DNA of 64,000 nt, taken from the IMG/VR virus record IMGVR_UViG_3300028591_000071. One strand, 5' to 3'. This document shows, in pieces, positions 19,275 to 27,481 of this stretch (the first letter of the stretch is position 1; every line of letters starts with the position of its first letter). Below the pieces are notes generated by a model that saw nothing but the letters and a program-made list of their open reading frames with translations, was not told the origin of the DNA and ran no database searches. The position numbers and the translations under genes are program-made. This stretch comes from a virus (taxonomy: Duplodnaviria; Caudoviricetes).

Positions 19275-19958
19275 ATGGAAGAATTAAACGGAAAAGTAGA
19301 TACCACTATCGGTTGGATAGAGAAATTGAGTGGCGTATTGAAGAAGCACGGGCTTCAGAACATATTACTGACGATGATGGTTTTGTTCCTTACGGTAGTT
19401 GTCGCAAGGTTAACTTTCAATCCTGAGTCGTTATTCAACAAGATGGACGAAATCAAGCAAAAGGCGCATACCGAGTCCGTAATGAAGAGGCTTAACAATG
19501 AGCCACAGATAAGGGAAGCGGTTATTAACCTAAGGAGTGATTTGGATGCTGACAGGGTTTATATTCTCGAAACCCATAACGGTGGAGAGAACTTAGCAAA
19601 CCTCCCATTCCTTTATGTTGACCTGACATACGCAGAACCAAGGAGTCAGGCTGCTTGGATGGAAGAAGAATACAAGAATGTAAGATTGTCAAGGTATCCT
19701 TGGGCATCGGAGGTATTCAGACAGACTTATTGGTCGGGAACGATTGAAGTGCTTGAAGAACTTGACCCCGAACTATATTACAGATTGAAAAATGAAGATG
19801 TTCGCTTCATGGCTTCAATGATGCTGTATGGAACCTATAACCCTTGTGGAGTTGTCGGTGTAGTTTATACTGATGACAACTATCCTTCAGATGACACGAT
19901 AAAACGTGTTTTAATGCGATACGCGACAACACTGTCAACACTACTTAACAATGAATAA
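19275..19958 (+). CDS. Putative T4 gp t-like holin (single TM plus GAF-like soluble domain)
   Basis: TM ILLTMMVLFLTVVVA followed by LRSDLDADRVYILETHNG and a C-terminal GVVGVVY strand. Confidence 0.55.
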   Translation: MEELNGKVDTTIGWIEKLSGVLKKHGLQNILLTMMVLFLTVVVARLTFNPESLFNKMDEIKQKAHTESVMKRLNNEPQIREAVINLRSDLDADRVYILETHNGGENLANLPFLYVDLTYAEPRSQAAWMEEEYKNVRLSRYPWASEVFRQTYWSGTIEVLEELDPELYYRLKNEDVRFMASMMLYGTYNPCGVVGVVYTDDNYPSDDTIKRVLMRYATTLSTLLNNE

Positions 19959-19963
19959 GAAAC

Positions 19964-19988
19964 GGCGGTTTAAACACCGCCTTTTTTT
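19964..19988 (+). terminator. Intrinsic terminator
   Basis: ggcggt-ttaaac-accgcc followed by T7. Confidence 0.8.
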
Positions 19989-19989
19989 A

Positions 19990-20018
19990 TTGCTTTTATC
20001 ATTAATTTTCTGTATATT
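19990..20018 (+). promoter_or_regulatory. sigma70-like promoter TTGCTT-N17-TATATT
   Basis: 17-nt spacer ending in TG, about 20 nt before ATG 20039. Confidence 0.65.
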
Positions 20019-20038
20019 ACTTCAAAGTTAAAATTTTT

Positions 20039-20470
20039 ATGGAAATATCTGAAAGGATAAAACGCCTTGGAAACTATTTTGAAGAAATGCAGATTACTGA
20101 CGCAGACGGGCAGAAGGTAATCTATATCGTCGTAAATTTTCCAAACAGATGGGTTATAGATGAAGAGTTTGCTAAATCTAAGGGCGTTACCATTGCCGAA
20201 GACCAAATGCCGGGCAGATATTATTTCTGTACGGACTTAGAAACAGGTGCGGATGTGGTATTTGATGTAATAGATGATAACATAGATAAGATGAAAGAGG
20301 CCATAGAAAGGGCCCAACTTCTTGCAACAAAAACAAAGGAACTGAAAGCATTGTTTGAGGACGAGAAAACAAAAATAGAAAAACTCAGGACAATCAAATT
20401 CTGTTTTGATGACGACACGCCTGAAGAAATCATAGTACCGAAACAAACCAAGGGGGATAAGAAGAAATGA
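20039..20470 (+). CDS. Hypothetical protein
   Basis: ORF directly behind a promoter; coiled C-terminal half. Confidence 0.75.
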   Translation: MEISERIKRLGNYFEEMQITDADGQKVIYIVVNFPNRWVIDEEFAKSKGVTIAEDQMPGRYYFCTDLETGADVVFDVIDDNIDKMKEAIERAQLLATKTKELKALFEDEKTKIEKLRTIKFCFDDDTPEEIIVPKQTKGDKKK

Positions 20471-20874
20471 ATGCGTGGCTGATAATATTCGTTTACTGTT
20501 TCGTTGCCTACGGCCTGTCCAATATGGTGGTCTTTGGGAGCGGCCCGTTTCGCATATTCGAACATCTGAGAAGCCTGTCATCTGCAATATCAGACCATTT
20601 TGGTATGCTGTTCTCCTGTATGATGTGCTTTCCTGCGAATTTCGGGTGGGTAATATCGCTAATTGATTGGTTCTTAATCAAAGAGGTTGCCATAACCCCG
20701 TTTAACATAATGCTTGCAGGAACAGGACTGTGGTGGCTTGCACTTATATTGGATTGCTGTTTTACTTCCGGCGTTGTTTGGTTTATACACCACATTGAAA
20801 CGTTCTTCGAAAATCTCGGAGGCGGGGAAAACGACATTGAAGAAAATGACGATGTAATACAAATCAACAGTTGA
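20467..20874 (+). CDS. Membrane protein with CxxC (DUF1360-like)
   Basis: Several hydrophobic segments; LFSCMMCF motif; GPFRIFEHLR amphipathic stretch. Confidence 0.6.
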   Translation: MNAWLIIFVYCFVAYGLSNMVVFGSGPFRIFEHLRSLSSAISDHFGMLFSCMMCFPANFGWVISLIDWFLIKEVAITPFNIMLAGTGLWWLALILDCCFTSGVVWFIHHIETFFENLGGGENDIEENDDVIQINS

Positions 20875-20875
20875 T

Positions 20876-21142
20876 ATGGATTACCTTGTATCAAAAGAAA
20901 TCAAGGAAATGAGGAATGAGGAGGCAATGATTAAAGAATCATTGGCTGCGGAGAAATTCTCATTTCAGCGGCAACTCGAAAACGGTCTCGGTGAACAAAT
21001 GATGGAAGAATTGAAAAAACCGAAGAAGCCAAATGTTATCATAGGATTAAAGAACAAAATAAGACGGGCGAGAACAATAAGAAAGTGCAATAAAGAAGAA
21101 CGGAGAATACTTAAGGAACAAAAAAAACGGGGAGACGTTTAA
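20876..21142 (+). CDS. Small basic hypothetical protein
   Basis: Starts 1 nt after the previous stop and ends inside a terminator. Confidence 0.7.
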   Translation: MDYLVSKEIKEMRNEEAMIKESLAAEKFSFQRQLENGLGEQMMEELKKPKKPNVIIGLKNKIRRARTIRKCNKEERRILKEQKKRGDV

Positions 21143-21156
21143 GTCTTCCCGTTTTT
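21121..21156. terminator. Bidirectional intrinsic terminator
   Basis: A7-cggggagac-gtttaa-gtcttcccg-T5 between convergent genes. Confidence 0.8.
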
Positions 21157-21178
21157 CCATTAATATTTGCTCAATTGA

Positions 21179-23497
21179 TTAATATTCACCACAGTCAATT
21201 CCAAATTCGCTGAAATCAAGTTTCCTGTTAGAATCAAGTGAAGCGCCACTTTCCTTACCGGTTGCAATACCCTGTACAGAAGCGTTTGCTGCAGCGACTG
21301 CATCCTGAAGGCCTTGAGTAGCAGCAACTGTTACGGTGTTGTTAGCGGCTGTTGCTGAAACAAAGGTGTCTCCGGTTGCGCCTGTCAATGCGTTTGCTGC
21401 TACTTGGTCTGCGTATGCCTTTGCACCGTAAACGGTAGTTGCGCCTGAGTTATCAGATGCTGTACCAACAACCGTAGAAACTGCTGCCGCTGATGCCGCT
21501 GCGGCTGAGCCTGCTGCGTCAAATGCTGTGGCCTCTGCATATGCTGCTGAACCAAGTCCATGAACAGCAACATCGGCCCCGTTAACTGCGATTGTACCAT
21601 CGGTAGCACCTTCTGCTACAGTGACATTAACCTTCTTGTTACCATCGATTGTAAGGTCTGTACCGTTAACCTGAACACCTTCGAGAACATTATCTTCGCC
21701 AAGATGCATTCCGTCGAGTCTGCTCTCAAGAGCACCGAGAGTGCTACCTGATTCTGATGCACTGCCGACAACTGCGGTGATTGCTGCTGCTGATGCCGCT
21801 GCGGCTGAGCCTGCTGCATCGAAAGCGCTTGCCTCTTCGAATGCTGCGCTCTTAAGTCCTGTGACCGCAACATCTGAACCATTAACTGCGATAGTACCGT
21901 TATTAGTACCTGCGGCTACTGTTACATTAACCTTCTTGTTTGCGTCAGGAGTAAGGTCTGCGCCGTTTACCTGAACACCTTCAACTGTGTTAACCTGTGC
22001 GCTTGCTGCAACACTTGCCAACTTGTCGAAATCAGCGGCTGACATTGCACCTGCACCCGTTGAACTTGCAGCAGCCATTGCAATGCCGTTAGCACCGAGT
22101 GAAAGACCGTTGCCATCAACAACCTTTGCAGAAATTACATTACCGGTAGAAATCTCGATACCATTACCCTGAGTGTAAACATCAACAAGGTCTGATACGA
22201 GAATATCAACTGGCTCTGCCTGATTTGCAATTGTGAGGCGTAGAACCTTTCTGTCTTGGTCATCTAATGTGACCTGACCACTTGTAACAACGAGGTCCTT
22301 AGGGATGTCAACCTTTCCAATCTCTGAACCATTCTGTGAGAATGTATAGGTCTTGAGATAACCCTCTGTAGTGGTTGCTGTGCTGATTGTAACATTTGAA
22401 CCGGTTGCGAGCGCATCGATTCTATCTTCGAGGCCACCAAGAGTCTTGGTCTCACCCGTCATGTCGCCAATGAGCTCGGTCTTAACAGTGTTTGCTGCGC
22501 CTGATGCGTCGAACGCTGTGGTGTCTGCATACGCTACTGAACCAAGACCGTGAACACTGATATCAACTCCGTTTACCTTAACAGTACCATTTGCAGTACC
22601 CTCTGCTACGAGAATATCAACTGCCTTGTCGGTAACTGTAAGAGCGGTTCCATTAACCTTAACGGTTTCGATTACATTAGTCTGTGCGCTTGCTGCGATG
22701 CTTGCGAGTTTTTCCTTCTCAGCGGTTGTGTAATCGTTGGTTGAAAGGCCCTTGCCTTCAACTTTGTCAACCTTGTTTTCAAGACCAGAAACAGCACCAT
22801 CCCATGCTGTTACCTTCTCTGCTGTGATTCCGTCAAGAACGCTTGCATTTGCATGTGTGTGCTTCTTTGCTACTGCGTCAGCGAGGTCTGTTTCAGTCTG
22901 TGTGTAAGTGTCAAGGAGCGCCTTATTTGTGTGTTCGTGAGCCTTTGCCTCTGCTGCGTCCCACTTTGCCTTGTCGCCACTTGCAATGAGGTCAAGTTCT
23001 GCCTTATTGGCGTGCTCATGCTTCTTTGCTACTGCATCTGCGAGGTTTGCTTCAGTTTGTGTGTAAGTGTCAAGGAGCGCCTTGTTTGTGTGTTCATGTG
23101 CTGATGCCGCTGCATTATCCCATGAGGTAACCTTTTCGGATGTGATTCCGTCAAGGACCGCCTTGTTGTCATGAGTGTGAACGCTTTCCTCAATGGTTTC
23201 TACCCTTCCACTCAATGAATCCACATCTGTTCTTAATGCGGTGTCAACTCCCTGTAACTCGGTTTTTGTTGCAGCGAGGTCAGTTTTAAGCGCATAAACA
23301 TCAACTGTTGCAGCACTGATAAGTTTTCCAACTCCATCCTCATCGAGGAACTTAACAACGGTTCCGTCGTTCTTTTTTGTATACAACGCAGCCTCTTCGT
23401 TTGCGTGTTGAACGGCTATTTCACCAAGGTTAAGGTCACTTGCTGATGGGGCCTTAACAGTTTTACTGTGTAAATGTACTAATTTTTGTCTTGCCAT
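21179..23497 (-). CDS. Fibre protein with HxH repeats and VNG beta-repeats (772 aa)
   Basis: N-terminal P...L.LGEIAV domain; five H(T/E)HxN repeats; KVDKVEGKGLSTNDYT fibre motif; three VNG repeat blocks; C-terminal IDCGEY. Confidence 0.8.
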   Translation of the reverse strand: MARQKLVHLHSKTVKAPSASDLNLGEIAVQHANEEAALYTKKNDGTVVKFLDEDGVGKLISAATVDVYALKTDLAATKTELQGVDTALRTDVDSLSGRVETIEESVHTHDNKAVLDGITSEKVTSWDNAAASAHEHTNKALLDTYTQTEANLADAVAKKHEHANKAELDLIASGDKAKWDAAEAKAHEHTNKALLDTYTQTETDLADAVAKKHTHANASVLDGITAEKVTAWDGAVSGLENKVDKVEGKGLSTNDYTTAEKEKLASIAASAQTNVIETVKVNGTALTVTDKAVDILVAEGTANGTVKVNGVDISVHGLGSVAYADTTAFDASGAANTVKTELIGDMTGETKTLGGLEDRIDALATGSNVTISTATTTEGYLKTYTFSQNGSEIGKVDIPKDLVVTSGQVTLDDQDRKVLRLTIANQAEPVDILVSDLVDVYTQGNGIEISTGNVISAKVVDGNGLSLGANGIAMAAASSTGAGAMSAADFDKLASVAASAQVNTVEGVQVNGADLTPDANKKVNVTVAAGTNNGTIAVNGSDVAVTGLKSAAFEEASAFDAAGSAAAASAAAITAVVGSASESGSTLGALESRLDGMHLGEDNVLEGVQVNGTDLTIDGNKKVNVTVAEGATDGTIAVNGADVAVHGLGSAAYAEATAFDAAGSAAAASAAAVSTVVGTASDNSGATTVYGAKAYADQVAANALTGATGDTFVSATAANNTVTVAATQGLQDAVAAANASVQGIATGKESGASLDSNRKLDFSEFGIDCGEY

Positions 23498-23553
23498 AAT
23501 TTAAACGCGTTTTTATTTTTATTTTATGATATTATTGTCAGTTTTTATCGTAT

Positions 23554-23561
23554 ATAAATAG
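23554..23561 (-). promoter_or_regulatory. Putative late promoter motif CTATTTAT
   Basis: Directly abuts a hairpin; about 57 nt upstream of the fibre start. Confidence 0.6.
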
Positions 23562-23590
23562 TGCCCACCCCGCAAAACGCGAGATGGGCA
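23562..23590 (-). terminator. Hairpin, probable terminator
   Basis: tgcccatctcgc-gtttt-gcggggtgggca with G-U pairs. Confidence 0.65.
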
Positions 23591-23615
23591 ACCAATCTTA
23601 TTAACAATAAAATCG

Positions 23616-23711
23616 CTAAAAAATAAAATCGATAATGGCCGGCAGCATACTCAGCCACATATCAAACAACGCTGTGTACGGCGCAACATATTTATACAAA
23701 AACCACTCCAT
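23616..23711 (-). CDS. Possible 31-aa hydrophobic peptide
   Basis: MEWFLYKYVAPYTALFDMWLSMLPAIIDFIF fills the gap between the 23737 stop and the hairpin. Confidence 0.3.
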   Translation of the reverse strand: MEWFLYKYVAPYTALFDMWLSMLPAIIDFIF

Positions 23712-23736
23712 ATATTTATTATACAAATTTTTGAAC

Positions 23737-24753
23737 TTATTTCAAAGTGAAATATTTCGTAGCATTCATCCTTATTTTCTTTATCGTCCATCCGGTCATT
23801 TCCTGTAGCTCTTTTTCAAGTTTCAGTGTAGATTCGGTCTTTTCCGTCTTGTCGCCTATGAATAACAATTGTTTCAATTTATCTTTCTTAGCCTCTACTT
23901 GCAACTCGTTATACAACCTTACCGAATCATAGTCGCCTTTGCAAACGACAAATTCAAGGGAGCCGTCATCATATCTGACCATCAACTTGTTCCTGTAGGT
24001 AAAAATCCTCCTAAACTCATACGGGCCAAAGCCATCTTGAACAATCAACTCTTTATATATCCAATCAAAGGTCTTCCTATCCTTCCTGCTGTCATACCCC
24101 CAAACCCAAAATGTCTCCTCGATGTTGAACCTGAACTTGTCAATTATTTCCCACCCTTCAAGGTCGGTCTTCTGTTCAACTATCTTTCCATATTCGTTCC
24201 TGAGCATTGATGGCCCCCTGTCTGTCCTTTCTATCATCACGCATTCATCAAGAGTTGATTTGTACGTGTGGTCGTAGAGGTGGATATGTTTCGGAAACCT
24301 TACAGATTCGGATATGAACTTCTGTCTGTTGAATTCCAAATAGGCATCTTCGCTCGTGTAGTATTTCCCTATCGTATATGAACGTTTTCCATTCCTGCAA
24401 ATCAATACCTTGAAGTTATACTCCCGCTTTTCCTTGTTTTCACGCTCTTCGGCCCTTTTCTGCCTCTCCTTTTCCTTTTTCTTTTTTGCGCGGTATCTTT
24501 TAGCGTAATTCGGTGTCGGACCAGGCTTTTTCTTCCTCTTCTGTTTTATCCCATTCGCCCTGTCCTGTTCTTTCTTTAGCCTTTTTTTCTCCGCAAGTTC
24601 AGCCTTCTCCTTTTCAGCCTTTTCCTTCCTTCTGCGTGCCCAATATGCGCGAAGCCCCGCCTTTCTTTTCTTGGCGGTTACCTTCTTCATCTTCTTGGAT
24701 ATTTTCAATCTTCGCTGTATCTCTTTCTCAGGAAGTCCTTCAAGGCTTTGCAT
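23737..24753 (-). CDS. Hypothetical protein with a highly basic N-terminal third (possible nucleic-acid binding)
   Basis: K/R-rich first about 110 aa, then a globular domain. Confidence 0.7.
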   Translation of the reverse strand: MQSLEGLPEKEIQRRLKISKKMKKVTAKKRKAGLRAYWARRRKEKAEKEKAELAEKKRLKKEQDRANGIKQKRKKKPGPTPNYAKRYRAKKKKEKERQKRAEERENKEKREYNFKVLICRNGKRSYTIGKYYTSEDAYLEFNRQKFISESVRFPKHIHLYDHTYKSTLDECVMIERTDRGPSMLRNEYGKIVEQKTDLEGWEIIDKFRFNIEETFWVWGYDSRKDRKTFDWIYKELIVQDGFGPYEFRRIFTYRNKLMVRYDDGSLEFVVCKGDYDSVRLYNELQVEAKKDKLKQLLFIGDKTEKTESTLKLEKELQEMTGWTIKKIRMNATKYFTLK

Positions 24754-24782
24754 TTGTTTTTGTCAATAAATCTTTGTATATT
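24754..24782 (+). promoter_or_regulatory. sigma70-like promoter TTGTTT-N17-TATATT
   Basis: Same hexamers as the primase promoter; spacer ends in TG. Confidence 0.65.
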
Positions 24783-24823
24783 CATATAAGTATAACGAAA
24801 AATAATTCCAAAATAAAGATTAT

Positions 24824-25333
24824 ATGGCAAAGTATTCACAAGCAACGGAAGAGGTCGAAAGCCTCGTGGCAGAAATTTCAAGCGAAATAGGGCTTGAGCA
24901 GTTCGGCGTTGATTTCCAGCCGATTTTTATCAATAAATCAAAGGATGTGTGCAAAGTTGTAAAAGCAAATGAATTGTTCGAATACACATCAAAGAGGGAA
25001 GACCTCGTTTTTGTCGTTTGCAACGAAGATGCATTTAGCGGAACCGACCCTCAAGGCCACCCTTATGCTGACGAAAAGACAAAGTACCTTTGGCTCCGTA
25101 CGGAAATGGATAAGGTAAGTTATGACACTGAGAAATTGAAATTGATTATCGGTTGCCCGCAGATAACACTCCCCGTGGGCCTGTACGAAAAATACAAGGA
25201 AGAGGGAAAAGATGAAGTCCTTCTACAGAACGCACTTCTCGGACAACATCTTCTCGCGAAGATAGAGCAGGATAAGAAAGAAGAAGCCGAAAGGCGTAAA
25301 GCATTAAGGACAAAGAAAAGCAAGGAACAATGA
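24824..25333 (+). CDS. Hypothetical protein (169 aa)
   Basis: Clean ORF behind a promoter; no catalytic motif recognised. Confidence 0.7.
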   Translation: MAKYSQATEEVESLVAEISSEIGLEQFGVDFQPIFINKSKDVCKVVKANELFEYTSKREDLVFVVCNEDAFSGTDPQGHPYADEKTKYLWLRTEMDKVSYDTEKLKLIIGCPQITLPVGLYEKYKEEGKDEVLLQNALLGQHLLAKIEQDKKEEAERRKALRTKKSKEQ

Positions 25334-25512
25334 TAGCGGAAGTATTTGCAATCATATTCGCTTTGTTGATATACATCGGAATATGTGCCGTTATTTCGGC
25401 GGTGATAAAATCTTCCTCGGGAGGACGGAAGCCATTTTGGTGGGTATTTTTCTTCGGAGCAATTGGGGCAATCATAACGATATTGCTTGACATAAGAGAT
25501 AAATCCGTGTAG
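25330..25512 (+). CDS. Small two-TM membrane protein
   Basis: Two hydrophobic helices around a GGRK loop; ATGA overlap. Confidence 0.65.
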   Translation: MIAEVFAIIFALLIYIGICAVISAVIKSSSGGRKPFWWVFFFGAIGAIITILLDIRDKSV

Positions 25513-25537
25513 TGTAGTCACGAGCGCTCATTGGCGC

Positions 25538-25571
25538 AAAAAAAAAGGAGGCCGTTTAAGGTCTCCTTTTT
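25538..25571. terminator. Bidirectional intrinsic terminator
   Basis: A9-ggaggcc-gtttaa-ggtctcc-T5 between convergent genes. Confidence 0.8.
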
Positions 25572-25592
25572 CTGTTTTAGTTTTGTCTTAGA

Positions 25593-27416
25593 TTAAAATT
25601 CTCCGCAATCGATAATGAGTTCGCTGAGGTCAAGAGTGATGTCGCCGCCGGCAACCTCTTTCATCTTAGCGCCGTGCTGAATTGTAACACCGTTTCCTGC
25701 AGTAGTCTCGCTAACAGTACCAAGTTTTCCACCCTGAATTGCTGAATCAATAAGGCCTTCCTTTTGTGTTTTAAAGGTTTCAAGAGTAGCAACCCTTTGC
25801 TCAAGTGCCTCAACATCACCTGTTGAAGATTCTGCAAGAGCATTGATAGCAGCCTCAAGTTCTTCTAGAGTGTCACCGCTTGCAGATGCATTACCCTTCA
25901 ATGCTGCTACTGCAGTATTAACTGCATCATCAGCATAAGCCTTTGCACCATGAATGGTGTCTGCGGTCTTTGCATCTCCATCCACGCCAATAACTGTTGA
26001 TTTAGCCGTTTCAATTTCAGTGTGGGTAATTGAAGAAACCGCATAAGTTCCCTTGATTGATGAAATTTCCTGATTGATTGTGGTTACTTTGCCGTCAACA
26101 TAAGTTACAACATTTCCGCTAAGGTCCTTAACCTGTGTGTCAGTATAAGCATTTGCCCTTGTCAATGCGCTTTGTGCTGAATTGTCAGCTGCTGTCTCGG
26201 CAAATGTCTTTGTTGCATAGTCGTTAACAACTGATGCTGATACTGTGAAGAGAGTTGAAGAAACTGCAGAAAGCGAAGCCTTAACAGCAGCGTCTGCTGA
26301 CTGTAGGGTTCCAACCTGTCCACTTACATAGTTCAACGCATCGTTTGTTGCATATGCTGATAAGTCAACTGTTCCACCAAGAGCATCCCAATGTCCTTCT
26401 GGTGAACCTGATACCCATGCATAATTGGTGCCGGCAGGAATAAAGTCTGCTGTTCCAGGAGTACCCTGTGCTGCAAGTACATTGTAAACATCACCAACTT
26501 CAGGATTTTCAATTTCATCGAGTGCGTCTACATTGGCAACAGAACCCTTGTATGTGTAAACAGTTGAAAGTTCGTTGTCAATATAAGTCTTAACATCCGC
26601 AGACATTGAAATGACTGAGCCTGACAATTCAACAACGGAGCCACTTAAGTCTGATACATCTGATGTAGCCCCTTCGATTGCAGCAACAACATTTCCACTT
26701 AAAGTATGTGTGAGACTTGAAGCATATGCCTTTGCACCATAAACTGTATCAGCCTCTGCGTTATCAGCACTTGTTCCGATAACATCAGCCTTAGCATTGG
26801 TGTAAGCACTTGTTACTGCAGCGTCTTTTGCCGTTTGGACTTCGGTCTTCGTTGCATAATCAGTTTCAACCTTTCCGCTGAAAGTCTTAAGAGCCGTGAT
26901 GTCAGCCGTGGCTGTGTCAAGCCTTTCGTCAAGAGAGGTTAGGTTGTTTTCAATGGTTTCTGAAATGTAGGTATTGATTCTACCTGAAAGGGCATCATCC
27001 TGTGCATCAGCATATTTCTTTGCTGCCCAAATGGTATCCGCTGTCGTATCGTCGGTATTTACACCTATTAATTCAGTCTTTGCATCACCAATCTTGGTAT
27101 TCGTCTCTGCAGATGTATAATAGTTATTCACCACTGAACCACTAAGCGTCTTGATTGAACCGCTTAAAGACGAGATGTCACTGTTTATAGTACCCTCAGC
27201 ATCTGTAATTGCGGCGGAAATTGCCGTGCTGACTGCACCAGAGGCAATAAATGGGACAAATTTCTCAGTACCATTGTCGTTAACCTTAATCATGAGCTGT
27301 GGAACACCGCTATTGTGCCTTACAACTATCTCACCAAATTGGACATCGGTGGTCAATGGCATAGCGGTCGCACTACCAGTGTGGTAATTAATCAATTGTT
27401 GTTTGTTTCTTGCCAT
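25593..27416 (-). CDS. Coiled-coil fibre protein (607 aa), related to 21179
   Basis: N-terminal P....VQFGEIVV; three DT(I/V).(G/A)AK.YA repeats; YKGSV..VGDVYNV knob; C-terminal IDCGEF. Confidence 0.8.
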   Translation of the reverse strand: MARNKQQLINYHTGSATAMPLTTDVQFGEIVVRHNSGVPQLMIKVNDNGTEKFVPFIASGAVSTAISAAITDAEGTINSDISSLSGSIKTLSGSVVNNYYTSAETNTKIGDAKTELIGVNTDDTTADTIWAAKKYADAQDDALSGRINTYISETIENNLTSLDERLDTATADITALKTFSGKVETDYATKTEVQTAKDAAVTSAYTNAKADVIGTSADNAEADTVYGAKAYASSLTHTLSGNVVAAIEGATSDVSDLSGSVVELSGSVISMSADVKTYIDNELSTVYTYKGSVANVDALDEIENPEVGDVYNVLAAQGTPGTADFIPAGTNYAWVSGSPEGHWDALGGTVDLSAYATNDALNYVSGQVGTLQSADAAVKASLSAVSSTLFTVSASVVNDYATKTFAETAADNSAQSALTRANAYTDTQVKDLSGNVVTYVDGKVTTINQEISSIKGTYAVSSITHTEIETAKSTVIGVDGDAKTADTIHGAKAYADDAVNTAVAALKGNASASGDTLEELEAAINALAESSTGDVEALEQRVATLETFKTQKEGLIDSAIQGGKLGTVSETTAGNGVTIQHGAKMKEVAGGDITLDLSELIIDCGEF

Positions 27417-27456
27417 AATATTAATATTGTTTTTTTGTTATTTCCAAAAATCTATT

Positions 27457-27464
27457 ATAAATAG
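27457..27464 (-). promoter_or_regulatory. Putative late promoter motif CTATTTAT
   Basis: About 41 nt upstream of the 27416 start. Confidence 0.6.
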
Positions 27465-27481
27465 TTTTGCTCTGTCAAAAA

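Noticed and set aside
24824-25333. Phage metallopeptidase-like call
   Set aside because: No HExxH motif.
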